Source of the DNA: Nanobdella aerobiophila
Lineage (GTDB): Archaea; Nanobdellota; Nanobdellia; Nanobdellales; Nanobdellaceae
Assembly: GCF_023169545.1 (NCBI RefSeq)
Contig: NZ_AP019769.1
Span: 150,001 to 182,000 of the forward strand
Direction: 5' to 3'
DNA: 32,000 bases
The notes under the pieces were generated by a model. It was given only the letters and a program-made list of their open reading frames with translations, had not been told where the DNA came from and searched no databases. How positions within the stretch are numbered: position 1 is the stretch's first letter; each line of letters opens with the position of its first letter. Below, one piece after another: positions 1-8,184 of this stretch. The translations under genes were made by a program, and so were the position numbers.

Positions 1-57
1 GAACAAGAAATATTACAGTTAAGAAGAAATAATAATTTTAGGGATTATAAAATATGA
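1..57 (+). CDS. 3' end of a probable antitoxin gene (partial, starts outside the window)
   Basis: The frame is open from the window edge: EQEILQLRRNNNFRDYKI*. Its TGA stop (55-57) overlaps the ATG of the downstream PIN gene (ATGA), the usual antitoxin-toxin arrangement. The family cannot be assigned from 18 aa. Confidence 0.35.
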   Translation, partial: EQEILQLRRNNNFRDYKI

Positions 58-419
58 ATATACTTGATACATCTTTTCTAATTGAATTAATAAGAAATAA
101 TAATTTGCAAGATTATATTGATAATTATATATCTATAATAACATTGGAGGAGATTTTAAGAGCATTAGATAAAAATAAAAGACAAAAGATTAAAGAATTA
201 TTAACAAATGCATTAAGTATAATTAATATAGATCAGGAAATAGTTGAAATTTATTCAGATATATTTTATACATTAAAAAATAATGGAAAAATTAAAAATG
301 ATGCAGATATTATCATTTCTGCTACTGCAATTAAATATAATACAGAAATATTGACAAAAGATAAAGATTTTATAGATATAAAAGAATATTATCCAGAATT
401 AAAAGTTAAAATTATTTAA
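54..419 (+). CDS. vapC: PIN-domain ribonuclease, VapC-like toxin
   Basis: 121 aa. It has the N-terminal 'ILDTSFLIE' with an early Asp, then 'DADIIISATA' and 'LTKDKDF', matching the PIN acidic-residue pattern and size. It overlaps the upstream ORF by 4 nt. Confidence 0.8.
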   Translation: MNILDTSFLIELIRNNNLQDYIDNYISIITLEEILRALDKNKRQKIKELLTNALSIINIDQEIVEIYSDIFYTLKNNGKIKNDADIIISATAIKYNTEILTKDKDFIDIKEYYPELKVKII

Positions 420-624
420 TAACATTTCTATATTTGTGAATAAAATGATTTTAAAAAATTAGGGAATTTTTTATTTTCATGTAAAAATTATATTGGTAAT
501 TTTTTATATATTCTAAAAGAGAATAAATATATGTAAATCTTATATATTATATTGGAGACTTTAATACAGTAAAAAAGTTAGAAGGAAAAGAAAGAAATAT
601 AATATCAAAATAATTTAAAAATAG

Positions 625-1857
625 TTATATTTTTACTAAATTTATTATATCATTTACATCTAATACTTCAATATTTTCTGGATAATATTCTAGATTATTT
701 TTATTAGGTAATATTAATATCTTTCTACAATTAAATTTATTTAATTTATTTTCTATTTCTTTTATCTCATTTTTATCAATATAATCTTTCCATTTTACTT
801 CTCCCACAATTTTTAATTCTTTAAATTTAAATAATGAAATATCTATTTCATAATTTTTTTCAACTATCTTATAATAATTTAATCCATAAATCTTTGATAA
901 TAAGGAATTAAAGAAATATTCAACATGGAATGGTATTTTATCATTTACTACTTCTTTTATTATTTCATAGACTATATCATTTTCCGATATTCCATATTTA
1001 CCTTCTAAATAAAAATATATATCTAATAATGGAGAAGAAATTATATAATAATCAAATTTTTTATTAAATACATTTATTTTATTTATTAAACCAATATTTT
1101 GTAATATTTTTAGATAACTTTGTATTATACTTGGATCATCTTTTTCAATTATTTTCTTAGAAAATAAATATGAAGATATTTCAGTAGATTTATTTTTTCC
1201 AGATGCAATTGATGTTAAAATATTGATATATGTTTTATTTAATTCTCTTTCTTCTTCATTAAATATTTCTCCTATTAAACTTTCAAATGTATACTTATTT
1301 TCTTTAAATATTCTTGCTAATTCTTCTCTTATATTTCCTTTTACAAAATCTATTATCCATGGTTCTCTAAAATATATTGCTTTTTCTATTAATTCTTTTC
1401 CATTTTCTTTATCTATTAAATATTTTATTATATCTCTTTCATCAATTAAATCTATTCTAAATTCTTCAAACAATCCTAATAGTGGTGAATGCTTTTCTAA
1501 AATTTTTTTAGATAAAAATAATGTAGAAGTAATTAATATAAGATTTATTTTTTCATAATTCGCATGTATAAAATCTAACAAATCTTCTTGTAATCTTTGA
1601 AATTCATCTATAACAACTTTTTTTCTAGATAATAAAATATCTTTTAAATAATCATATGATATATCCTTATTATTTATTATATCTATTATTCCTCCATCTC
1701 TTTTTATAAAGAAATAATAATCATAATTTGTAAAGTTTTTAATAAAAAAAGATTTACCAGTTTTTCTTCTTCCATAAACGAAAACTCTATTACCAATTTT
1801 TTCCCATCTTTTTAGATCTTCATATCTAATAACTATATTCATCATATGTATAATCAT
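625..1857 (-). CDS. archaeal AAA-type ATPase (Arch_ATPase-like with DUF234-like C-terminal region)
   Basis: 410 aa. Walker A 'GRRKTGKS' and Walker B-like 'VVIDEFQRL' are present. Length and layout are typical of the archaeal ATPase family, which has no assigned function. Confidence 0.75.
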   Translation of the reverse strand: MIIHMMNIVIRYEDLKRWEKIGNRVFVYGRRKTGKSFFIKNFTNYDYYFFIKRDGGIIDIINNKDISYDYLKDILLSRKKVVIDEFQRLQEDLLDFIHANYEKINLILITSTLFLSKKILEKHSPLLGLFEEFRIDLIDERDIIKYLIDKENGKELIEKAIYFREPWIIDFVKGNIREELARIFKENKYTFESLIGEIFNEEERELNKTYINILTSIASGKNKSTEISSYLFSKKIIEKDDPSIIQSYLKILQNIGLINKINVFNKKFDYYIISSPLLDIYFYLEGKYGISENDIVYEIIKEVVNDKIPFHVEYFFNSLLSKIYGLNYYKIVEKNYEIDISLFKFKELKIVGEVKWKDYIDKNEIKEIENKLNKFNCRKILILPNKNNLEYYPENIEVLDVNDIINLVKI

Positions 1858-2105
1858 GGTTATACATTTTATAAATATAATTCATTATTATGGAATTATA
1901 AAAGATAAATTATACTAGATTTTTATAAAATAAGTATAGCTCTTCTGTTAGATGATTTATTAATAATTTTAAATAGATTAGAATTATTAGTTTTTAATAA
2001 AAATAATCTTTATTTAAGTAGTACAAAATAATAAAATATTAAGTTAGTGTCTTTATGAATTATTAAATATTTATGTTACAAAGTAAGATTCCGTAAAGTT
2101 ATAAA

Positions 2106-2127
2106 ATGGAAAATACAATTTTTCCAT
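2106..2127. promoter_or_regulatory. perfect 8-bp inverted repeat abutting the start of the vapB remnant (possible TA operator)
   Basis: The sequence is ATGGAAAA-tacaat-TTTTCCAT, immediately followed by the ATG at 2128. Antitoxins of this type usually autoregulate through palindromes at their promoter. Confidence 0.3.
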
Positions 2128-2371
2128 ATGAAAGAAAGAGTAACATTATTCTGAAGGTAGATTATATATACCTAAATCAATAAGGGAAAAGTTTAAATCA
2201 AAAAGATTTATAATAAAAGTTGAAGATAATAAAATAATTCTAATACCTGAAAATAATGATGAAATAGAAAAATTATATGGAATAATAAAAGTAAAAGAAA
2301 AAATAGAAGATATAGATAAATTAATAGAAGAAAAGACAAAAGAAATATTGAATAATGAAGGTTTGTATTGA
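2128..2371 (+). pseudogene. frameshifted AbrB/SpoVT-type antitoxin (vapB-like) remnant
   Basis: The ATG at 2128 gives MKERVTLF and then a TGA stop (2152-2154). The next frame continues SEGRLYIPKSIREKFKSKRFIIKVEDNKIILIP...LY* to 2371. 'GRLYIPKSIREKF' is the AbrB looped-hinge-helix signature, and a one-base indel would join the two parts. Confidence 0.55.
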
Positions 2372-2590
2372 TGTAAATATATTATATTATTTTTTAACTA
2401 GAGATAAAAATTTGGAGATAGATCAAAGGAATTAATAAGGAAATATTATGGTAATTTATATACATCAGTTTTAACCCTCTGGTTATTGTATGTTTTAACT
2501 AAATATAAAAATGTATACGATTATCTAAAATTGAAAAATAAATCTTATTTATTTCTTTTTTTATTTGATTTTTGCTTAAATAAGTTATAA
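2355..2590 (+). pseudogene. truncated and frameshifted PIN-domain (vapC-like) remnant
   Basis: The ATG at 2355 overlaps the end of the vapB remnant and gives MKVCIDVNILYYFLTRDKNLEIDQRN*, a PIN N-terminal motif. Another frame continues SKELIRKYYGNLYTSVLTLWLLYVLTKYKN... and stops at 2590. The total is far shorter than a PIN domain. Confidence 0.45.
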
Positions 2591-3038
2591 TTAAATTTTA
2601 TATTTTTATATATTTGAGGATTATATATTTATTGTATAAATAATAATCATGGAAGATTTAGTAAATTATTAAGTCTTCTATAGTATGTAAGTTTCTAATA
2701 TCTTTATAAAATTAGTGGATATTTTAACAATTTTGTTAATCCAGTATAGAGTATCTTTATTATTTATATATTTGTTATTAATTAAATTTAAAATTTATTT
2801 TCTTTATTTTCTTCCATTTAGAATATTTATAATATAAAATATCTTAATTCTTTTCTAATAGCTTTTTATTAATTCGTATATTCATCTTGTTTAGAACTTT
2901 AAACTTATTATTTTTTATGAATTATTATTAAATTATTAATATAATGCTAATAAAAACCAAATTTTATTAAATATAGTTTTTATACCAATCTAAAATTTAT
3001 ACTAAAATTTATAAATTATAATAAATTATCCTAATAAT

Positions 3039-4295
3039 ATGAAATCTATTTCTCCAATAATAGCAACTATTCTATTAATAGTTATTGTTGTTGCAATGGC
3101 AGGATTAACATATGCATTTATTACAGGTATGTTTAGTGGATTATTATCTTCTACAAGTTCTCAAGTTCAGAAATATGGATCTATATCAAATATAGAGATA
3201 GCTAATGGATTCTTATATAATTATGAAGATAATTTGGTATTTTACGCGCCTTTAGATAATGAATATTTTAATGTTTATACTGGTAATTTATACCAGCCAA
3301 TAGATTATCCAAGTAATATATCTACCGTTACTTATGCTTATACTCCATATGGTAGCACTCCAGGTATTGTTATCAATGCAACTTTAGTTCCCGGGTTATA
3401 TGATTATGCTTTTCAATTTGATGGAAATGATAGCTATATATATTTCCCAAATATTACACAAGTAGTCAGTGCAAAACTCACTTATCCAGAATATATAACT
3501 TCCAGCACGTGTGGTTGGGTACCAAATCCATACAATAATTATACTAACCAAGTCACTGAAATGATATATTTTAAACCTGCAGGTAATAATGTTGGACCTT
3601 TTTTTTGTGGAAATAATTGTTATTCCGAAGCCCCAGCTACATCTTTTTGGCAGATACAATATAATCTCGGTCTAACTTATTTTTCTAATAATACCATACA
3701 AGTGTGTATTGGTGGAGATGTACAGACAAATGAAAGTCCAGGTTGGTTGACTTATTGCTGGAACACTACTTCAATACCTAATAATTGGTTTTTTGTTGTA
3801 GCAGAAGGAAAAGTAAATTCTACAGGATATTATGAAAGATTATTTATAAATGGACAATTAGTAGAAACATATTATAATAATACTCCATTAGGGATAACCG
3901 AAAATTTATACTGTCCTGGAACTCCTGGATATGGAATAAGCGGTTCAAATAACTGGCATAACTTTAATGGAACAATAGAAGGATGGGGGATTTATGATCA
4001 ATGGTTACCGGAAAATATAATAGAAAATATGTTTTATAGAATAAATTTGATTTTATATAACTCAGGAAATACTCCTGTAAATTTGAATAATACAGTAATA
4101 TCCATAGATAACTGTGCTTTTCCATTAATATATAATCAAACATTTATAACTTCTACAAATTCTCCAATAGTCTTGCCAAATCAGCAAATAATATTGAAAG
4201 TTGCAAATACACAATGTTTTATTCAAAAGAATAATTATCATCAAGTTTGCTTATTTTACAATGGTCAATCTACCTGTTCTAATGTATTGATCTAA
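3039..4295 (+). CDS. surface protein with an archaeal class III (type IV pilin-like) signal peptide fused to a LamG/ConA-like lectin-fold domain
   Basis: The N-terminus is 'MKS-ISPIIATILLIVIVVAMAGLTYAF' (Pilin_N type). The central region has 'FQFDGNDSYIYF', 'WFFVVAEG..YYERLFINGQLV' and 'FNGTIEGWGIYDQWLPENII', which resemble Laminin_G_3 hallmarks. There are many N-x-S/T sequons. Confidence 0.7.
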   Translation: MKSISPIIATILLIVIVVAMAGLTYAFITGMFSGLLSSTSSQVQKYGSISNIEIANGFLYNYEDNLVFYAPLDNEYFNVYTGNLYQPIDYPSNISTVTYAYTPYGSTPGIVINATLVPGLYDYAFQFDGNDSYIYFPNITQVVSAKLTYPEYITSSTCGWVPNPYNNYTNQVTEMIYFKPAGNNVGPFFCGNNCYSEAPATSFWQIQYNLGLTYFSNNTIQVCIGGDVQTNESPGWLTYCWNTTSIPNNWFFVVAEGKVNSTGYYERLFINGQLVETYYNNTPLGITENLYCPGTPGYGISGSNNWHNFNGTIEGWGIYDQWLPENIIENMFYRINLILYNSGNTPVNLNNTVISIDNCAFPLIYNQTFITSTNSPIVLPNQQIILKVANTQCFIQKNNYHQVCLFYNGQSTCSNVLI

Positions 4296-4336
4296 ATGTT
4301 TTTGGATCATGAAATATGTAAGTACCTTATATACTA

Positions 4337-4364
4337 TGACGGATAATTGCTGTTATCCGACATC
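4337..4364. terminator. stem-loop between convergent genes (possible bidirectional terminator or structured RNA)
   Basis: The sequence is ATG-A-CGGATAA ttgctg TTATCCG-A-CAT, a 10-bp stem with one A/A mismatch. It is flanked by a second inverted pair, AAGTAC (4321-4326) and GTACTT (4369-4374), and a T-rich tract follows. Confidence 0.3.
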
Positions 4365-4458
4365 AATGTACTTATTTATTGTATATTTATCAATATATTT
4401 ATGAAAATAAAATAAAAATTTAATTATATCAAAAAACAATAAAAAAGAGTTATAGTAA

Positions 4459-5346
4459 TTATTTATTTTTTATTTCCCAATAAGCTTGATCAAATGCTTT
4501 ATTTATTTCATCTATTATATTAGTTAAATTATTAATATCAGATGTTTTTATAATTACATTAAATACATTTGTTGATCCATTTTTTGTAGAAAATATTATA
4601 TTATACTCATAATTATTTCTTTTATTCTTTAATATATTGATTACATTATCTATTAATTTATTTCCGTCTACATCCGCATTTACAGTTACTTGTAATGGAT
4701 ATATAATCCTTTCATTATAATCTTTTAATTTTTGAAATATAGAATTACCTAAAAATGCAGAATTTGGTATTTTTACTATATTTCCATATATAGTTAATAC
4801 TTCTGTAAATAATAAAGATATTTTTTCTACTTTACCTATTATAGGATTACCCCATATCCATGAACTTATAGATACTGCATCATTTGGTTTTATTGTTTTA
4901 CTAGAGGTTACTAGAAAACCTGATAATATATTTTGTGCTATGGTTTGTACAGCTAAACCAATAATTATACCACCTATAGAACCAGCTAATATTATATTTG
5001 TTATATTTATATTGAATATCGATAATATAATTAATATTATAATTAAATAAAAAATTATATCTATTATATAATTTACTATATTTGTTGTAGATTTTTCACT
5101 CTTTCTTAAGAATTGATTATATATTATCTTTTTTATAGTTCTTATAATAAATAATCCAGCTATAATTACTATTATACCTTCAATTATCTTTAATATATAT
5201 GGTTCTAAAAACACTATATATTTGTACATCTCAGAGCTTTTTGGTAAATATGATATAAATATTGGAAAATAATAATTTATCAAATAATATATAATTAATA
5301 AAAATATTATTATTCCTGCTATTTTTATTATATTCTTCTTAGACAT
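4459..5346 (-). CDS. small-conductance mechanosensitive channel (MscS family)
   Basis: 295 aa. N-terminal transmembrane helices are followed by 'GLAVQTIAQNILSGFLV' (pore helix) and 'IKPNDAVSI...GKVEKISLLFTEVLTIYGNIVKIPNS' (MscS beta domain). Confidence 0.8.
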   Translation of the reverse strand: MSKKNIIKIAGIIIFLLIIYYLINYYFPIFISYLPKSSEMYKYIVFLEPYILKIIEGIIVIIAGLFIIRTIKKIIYNQFLRKSEKSTTNIVNYIIDIIFYLIIILIILSIFNINITNIILAGSIGGIIIGLAVQTIAQNILSGFLVTSSKTIKPNDAVSISSWIWGNPIIGKVEKISLLFTEVLTIYGNIVKIPNSAFLGNSIFQKLKDYNERIIYPLQVTVNADVDGNKLIDNVINILKNKRNNYEYNIIFSTKNGSTNVFNVIIKTSDINNLTNIIDEINKAFDQAYWEIKNK

Positions 5347-5382
5347 TGGGTCTATTTATATAATAATATTTAAAAATATTGT

Positions 5383-6150
5383 ATGTATACCTTACTAATG
5401 ATATACATATTATATGAAGTTTTATATTTAATATTTGCTTCTATAGTTTTTTATTTATTATATAATAAGTTTACTTGGAAAGTAAATAATAGAGCTATAT
5501 TTATTGGATTTTTATTTATGTTATTGGCAGTTATTATACAATCAATTATTCAAGATATTCCCGCTGATATTATAGCAATTAGTTTTATTCTAAAAGGTGG
5601 GCTTATACATAATTTAGCAAATTTAAATAATATAATATTAAATATTATAAGACCATATTATATAATATATGGAATATATTTAGGTATTATTGCAGGATTA
5701 GCACAAGAAATTGCTAGATATTATTCTGTAAAAAATAAGGATCCAAGATTATCAATATATTATGGTTATGGTTTTGCATTAGTAGATATTATTGTTGCTA
5801 TATTATCTTTATTTACTAATAATAGTACCATAATTATAATAACAATTGTTGGTGTACTATTACAACCTTTTATATCATATATATATCATCCTGGTGCATC
5901 AATGCTATTAAGAGCAAAGCAAGAAAATAATAAAGGTATAATATATTTATTGTATTTAATATTTGTTCATGCTTATGTAGATGGATTTACAGCAGTAATA
6001 GATTTATCAATAAAATTTAATAGTTTAAATGAGTATATCTTACTTAATTTATCTTATATATATTTTATAACAATTATAATAATTCCATTGGTTATATTTT
6101 ATCTTGGATATAGGAATATTAGAAGACTAATAGTTGAAGTTGATTTATAA
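5383..6150 (+). CDS. polytopic membrane protein, possibly a YhfC/CPBP-like intramembrane protease
   Basis: 255 aa with about 7 hydrophobic segments. 'GLAQEIARY' and 'HAYVD' loosely resemble the ExxR and HxxxD motifs of YhfC/CPBP proteins. The functional call is weak. Confidence 0.45.
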   Translation: MYTLLMIYILYEVLYLIFASIVFYLLYNKFTWKVNNRAIFIGFLFMLLAVIIQSIIQDIPADIIAISFILKGGLIHNLANLNNIILNIIRPYYIIYGIYLGIIAGLAQEIARYYSVKNKDPRLSIYYGYGFALVDIIVAILSLFTNNSTIIIITIVGVLLQPFISYIYHPGASMLLRAKQENNKGIIYLLYLIFVHAYVDGFTAVIDLSIKFNSLNEYILLNLSYIYFITIIIIPLVIFYLGYRNIRRLIVEVDL

Positions 6151-6198
6151 TTACTATTGCGTAATAATATATAAAACTTTTTTTAAAATAACATTAAG

Positions 6199-6567
6199 AT
6201 GGATATAAATATATTATTACTAATAGTTGAATTTATATTATTGGGGGTAATACTTATAGATAAGAGGATATCTTATAGTATTGGGTTAATATTAGTATTA
6301 TTATCAATTCTAGCTTTATTGATAAATTTATTTGGATATATAATAGGAATTAATGGATTAACTATACTTTATTCAATGATTATAGTAACATTTGGTATTC
6401 TATTATTCTATTATTTCGGTATAATTGATGTATCAGTTTTCATAATTTCGATTTCGACGATATTGGTTTCTTCTATTATTATATATATATCCGTTCCATA
6501 TTTAATACCGAATATGTTTAGTAATAATATTCTATTGCCAATTGTTGCAGCATCTCCAATATACTAA
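6199..6567 (+). CDS. small 4-TM membrane protein, translationally coupled to the downstream GT2
   Basis: 122 aa, almost entirely hydrophobic. Its stop overlaps the ATG of the next gene (TAATG at 6565-6569). Confidence 0.55.
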   Translation: MDINILLLIVEFILLGVILIDKRISYSIGLILVLLSILALLINLFGYIIGINGLTILYSMIIVTFGILLFYYFGIIDVSVFIISISTILVSSIIIYISVPYLIPNMFSNNILLPIVAASPIY

Positions 6568-8135
6568 TGCTATTATTTATATCGGCAATATTACTATTAT
6601 TGGATATATTAATATTATCATTTTTTGATTTAAGATATATAATAAATTATGAGAGGGAAATAGAGATCCCAAATTATAGAGATTTAGATTCTAGAAAGAC
6701 ATTATTTGTCTTATTTCCAGTAAAAAATGAGAATCAAGATATGATAATAAATAAAATAGAGTATTTAAAAAATATCGAGAATAAATATGATAAATTAGAT
6801 TTGAACTTTGTCTTTATAGACGATACAAGTATGGATAGAGAAGATAAGGTAATAAATTATCTAGAGAATAATATGGAAGATAAGTATATGGACTCTAAAT
6901 TTATTATATATAAATTGGCAAATATATTATATATATTCAGATTAAATGGTATAAAAAGAAAAGGAAAAGCTCTAGATGATACAATATATTATTTAAAGAA
7001 TAAATATAATATAGATTATGTTTCTATATATGATTTTGAATGGACCGTAACTGTAGAATACCTATATAAAGGATTATGTATATTAGAATCGAATAAAGAT
7101 TTATCATTTATATATTGGAATAGAAGAACAGTACCTGTAGATTATTTTCATAAAATAGTCGGGATATATGTAGATACATTTTTCCAAATAGGATTACCAA
7201 TGAAGAATTTACTTGATAATATATCCATGATACATGGATCTTGTGGTATCATAAGATTAGAGGCTTATTTTAAATCTGGAGGATTTACAGCTCATCTTAC
7301 TGAAGATGCTTCATTGACCTTGAGAATGTATATAAATGGGTATAAAGGATTATATATACGAAGGTGGGTTGAATACGGGCAAAATCTACCACCTAACTTT
7401 AATGTTGCATTGAAAACTTTAAGGAGATGGCAGACTGGTACTTTTGATGTTGTAATTTCAAATTTTATTAATTTAATAAAAAATAAAAAATTATCATTTA
7501 AGCAAAAGTCAAGTTTTATCCACATGTTTTCGGCAGTTTTTTTACCTTTAATATCTTTTATACTAATTATTATAAGTATAATGTCTATATATTTAAATAT
7601 AAGTTCTAAATTTTACCAACATACATTTTTATTTTTTTATCTATCGCCTATATACATTATAGGAATAATATTATCGGAATATTATATTGTGGAGAAGATG
7701 ATATATAATAAAGGATCTTTAAAGGACGCATTTTTGGTATTATTGATTAGTTGGGGTATCTCTGCACTAACTATAGTGTATTATTTAAGGAGAATAATTC
7801 TTGGGTTGGATAATCAATGGATTGTTACTAAGAAGCAGATTACTAGTTATAAATATGATATATATTCTATTTTAGTTCTATCAATATTTTTATTAATAAA
7901 TTTATCATTCTTTATTAATTCTTTACATTATCTAATATACTATTATAATTATACAAGTACGTTATATGTATTATTTTCTTTATTTATTGGTAATTTATCT
8001 ACTATTATCTGGATATTATCTATATTTTTGTTATTTTATCTACAATATAAGAGTAAGCATTCTGAATCTAGAACTCCAAAGAATCTATTGTATATAGGGA
8101 TTGCAAATATAAATAATAGAGGGAATAATAAATAA
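6567..8135 (+). CDS. membrane-embedded family 2 glycosyltransferase (PgaC/IcaA/BcsA-like layout)
   Basis: 522 aa. One N-terminal TM helix is followed by 'FIDDTSMD', 'IYDFEW', 'LTEDASLT' (TED motif) and 'LRRWQTGT' (an xRRW version of QxxRW), then about 6 C-terminal TM helices. Confidence 0.8.
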   Translation: MLLFISAILLLLDILILSFFDLRYIINYEREIEIPNYRDLDSRKTLFVLFPVKNENQDMIINKIEYLKNIENKYDKLDLNFVFIDDTSMDREDKVINYLENNMEDKYMDSKFIIYKLANILYIFRLNGIKRKGKALDDTIYYLKNKYNIDYVSIYDFEWTVTVEYLYKGLCILESNKDLSFIYWNRRTVPVDYFHKIVGIYVDTFFQIGLPMKNLLDNISMIHGSCGIIRLEAYFKSGGFTAHLTEDASLTLRMYINGYKGLYIRRWVEYGQNLPPNFNVALKTLRRWQTGTFDVVISNFINLIKNKKLSFKQKSSFIHMFSAVFLPLISFILIIISIMSIYLNISSKFYQHTFLFFYLSPIYIIGIILSEYYIVEKMIYNKGSLKDAFLVLLISWGISALTIVYYLRRIILGLDNQWIVTKKQITSYKYDIYSILVLSIFLLINLSFFINSLHYLIYYYNYTSTLYVLFSLFIGNLSTIIWILSIFLLFYLQYKSKHSESRTPKNLLYIGIANINNRGNNK

Positions 8136-8184
8136 TCCCCCTTATAAATATTATATTTTAATATCTTTTTTATAATTTTTATTA

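Noticed and set aside
1223-1558. 111-aa ORF antisense to the ATPase gene. Similar antisense ORFs occur at 3396-3659, 7292-7525, 14662-14925, 14939-15199, 15984-16271, 17924-18163, 18247-18468, 21843-22049, 22287-22499, 25766-25966, 26635-26910 and 31672-31956.
   Set aside because: Each lies inside, or largely overlaps, a longer ORF that has clear family motifs. The translations are low-complexity I/F/L/S/Y strings, as expected from the reverse complement of AT-rich coding sequence.
1846-1862. A third copy of the sRNA core motif: TTCATCATAT shares 10 nt with the 15-mer at 17281 and 27777.
   Set aside because: It is followed by GTATAATC rather than CTCAG. No D', C or D boxes occur at 12-nt spacing. 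It is the coding start of the ATPase (MIIHMM).
4296-4336. A C/D-box sRNA in the pilin-MscS gap (ATCATGAAAT... and TATGACGG...TCCGA).
   Set aside because: The box-like strings are degenerate. Spacings do not give 12-nt guides on either strand. No CTGA or TGATGA pair is correctly placed.
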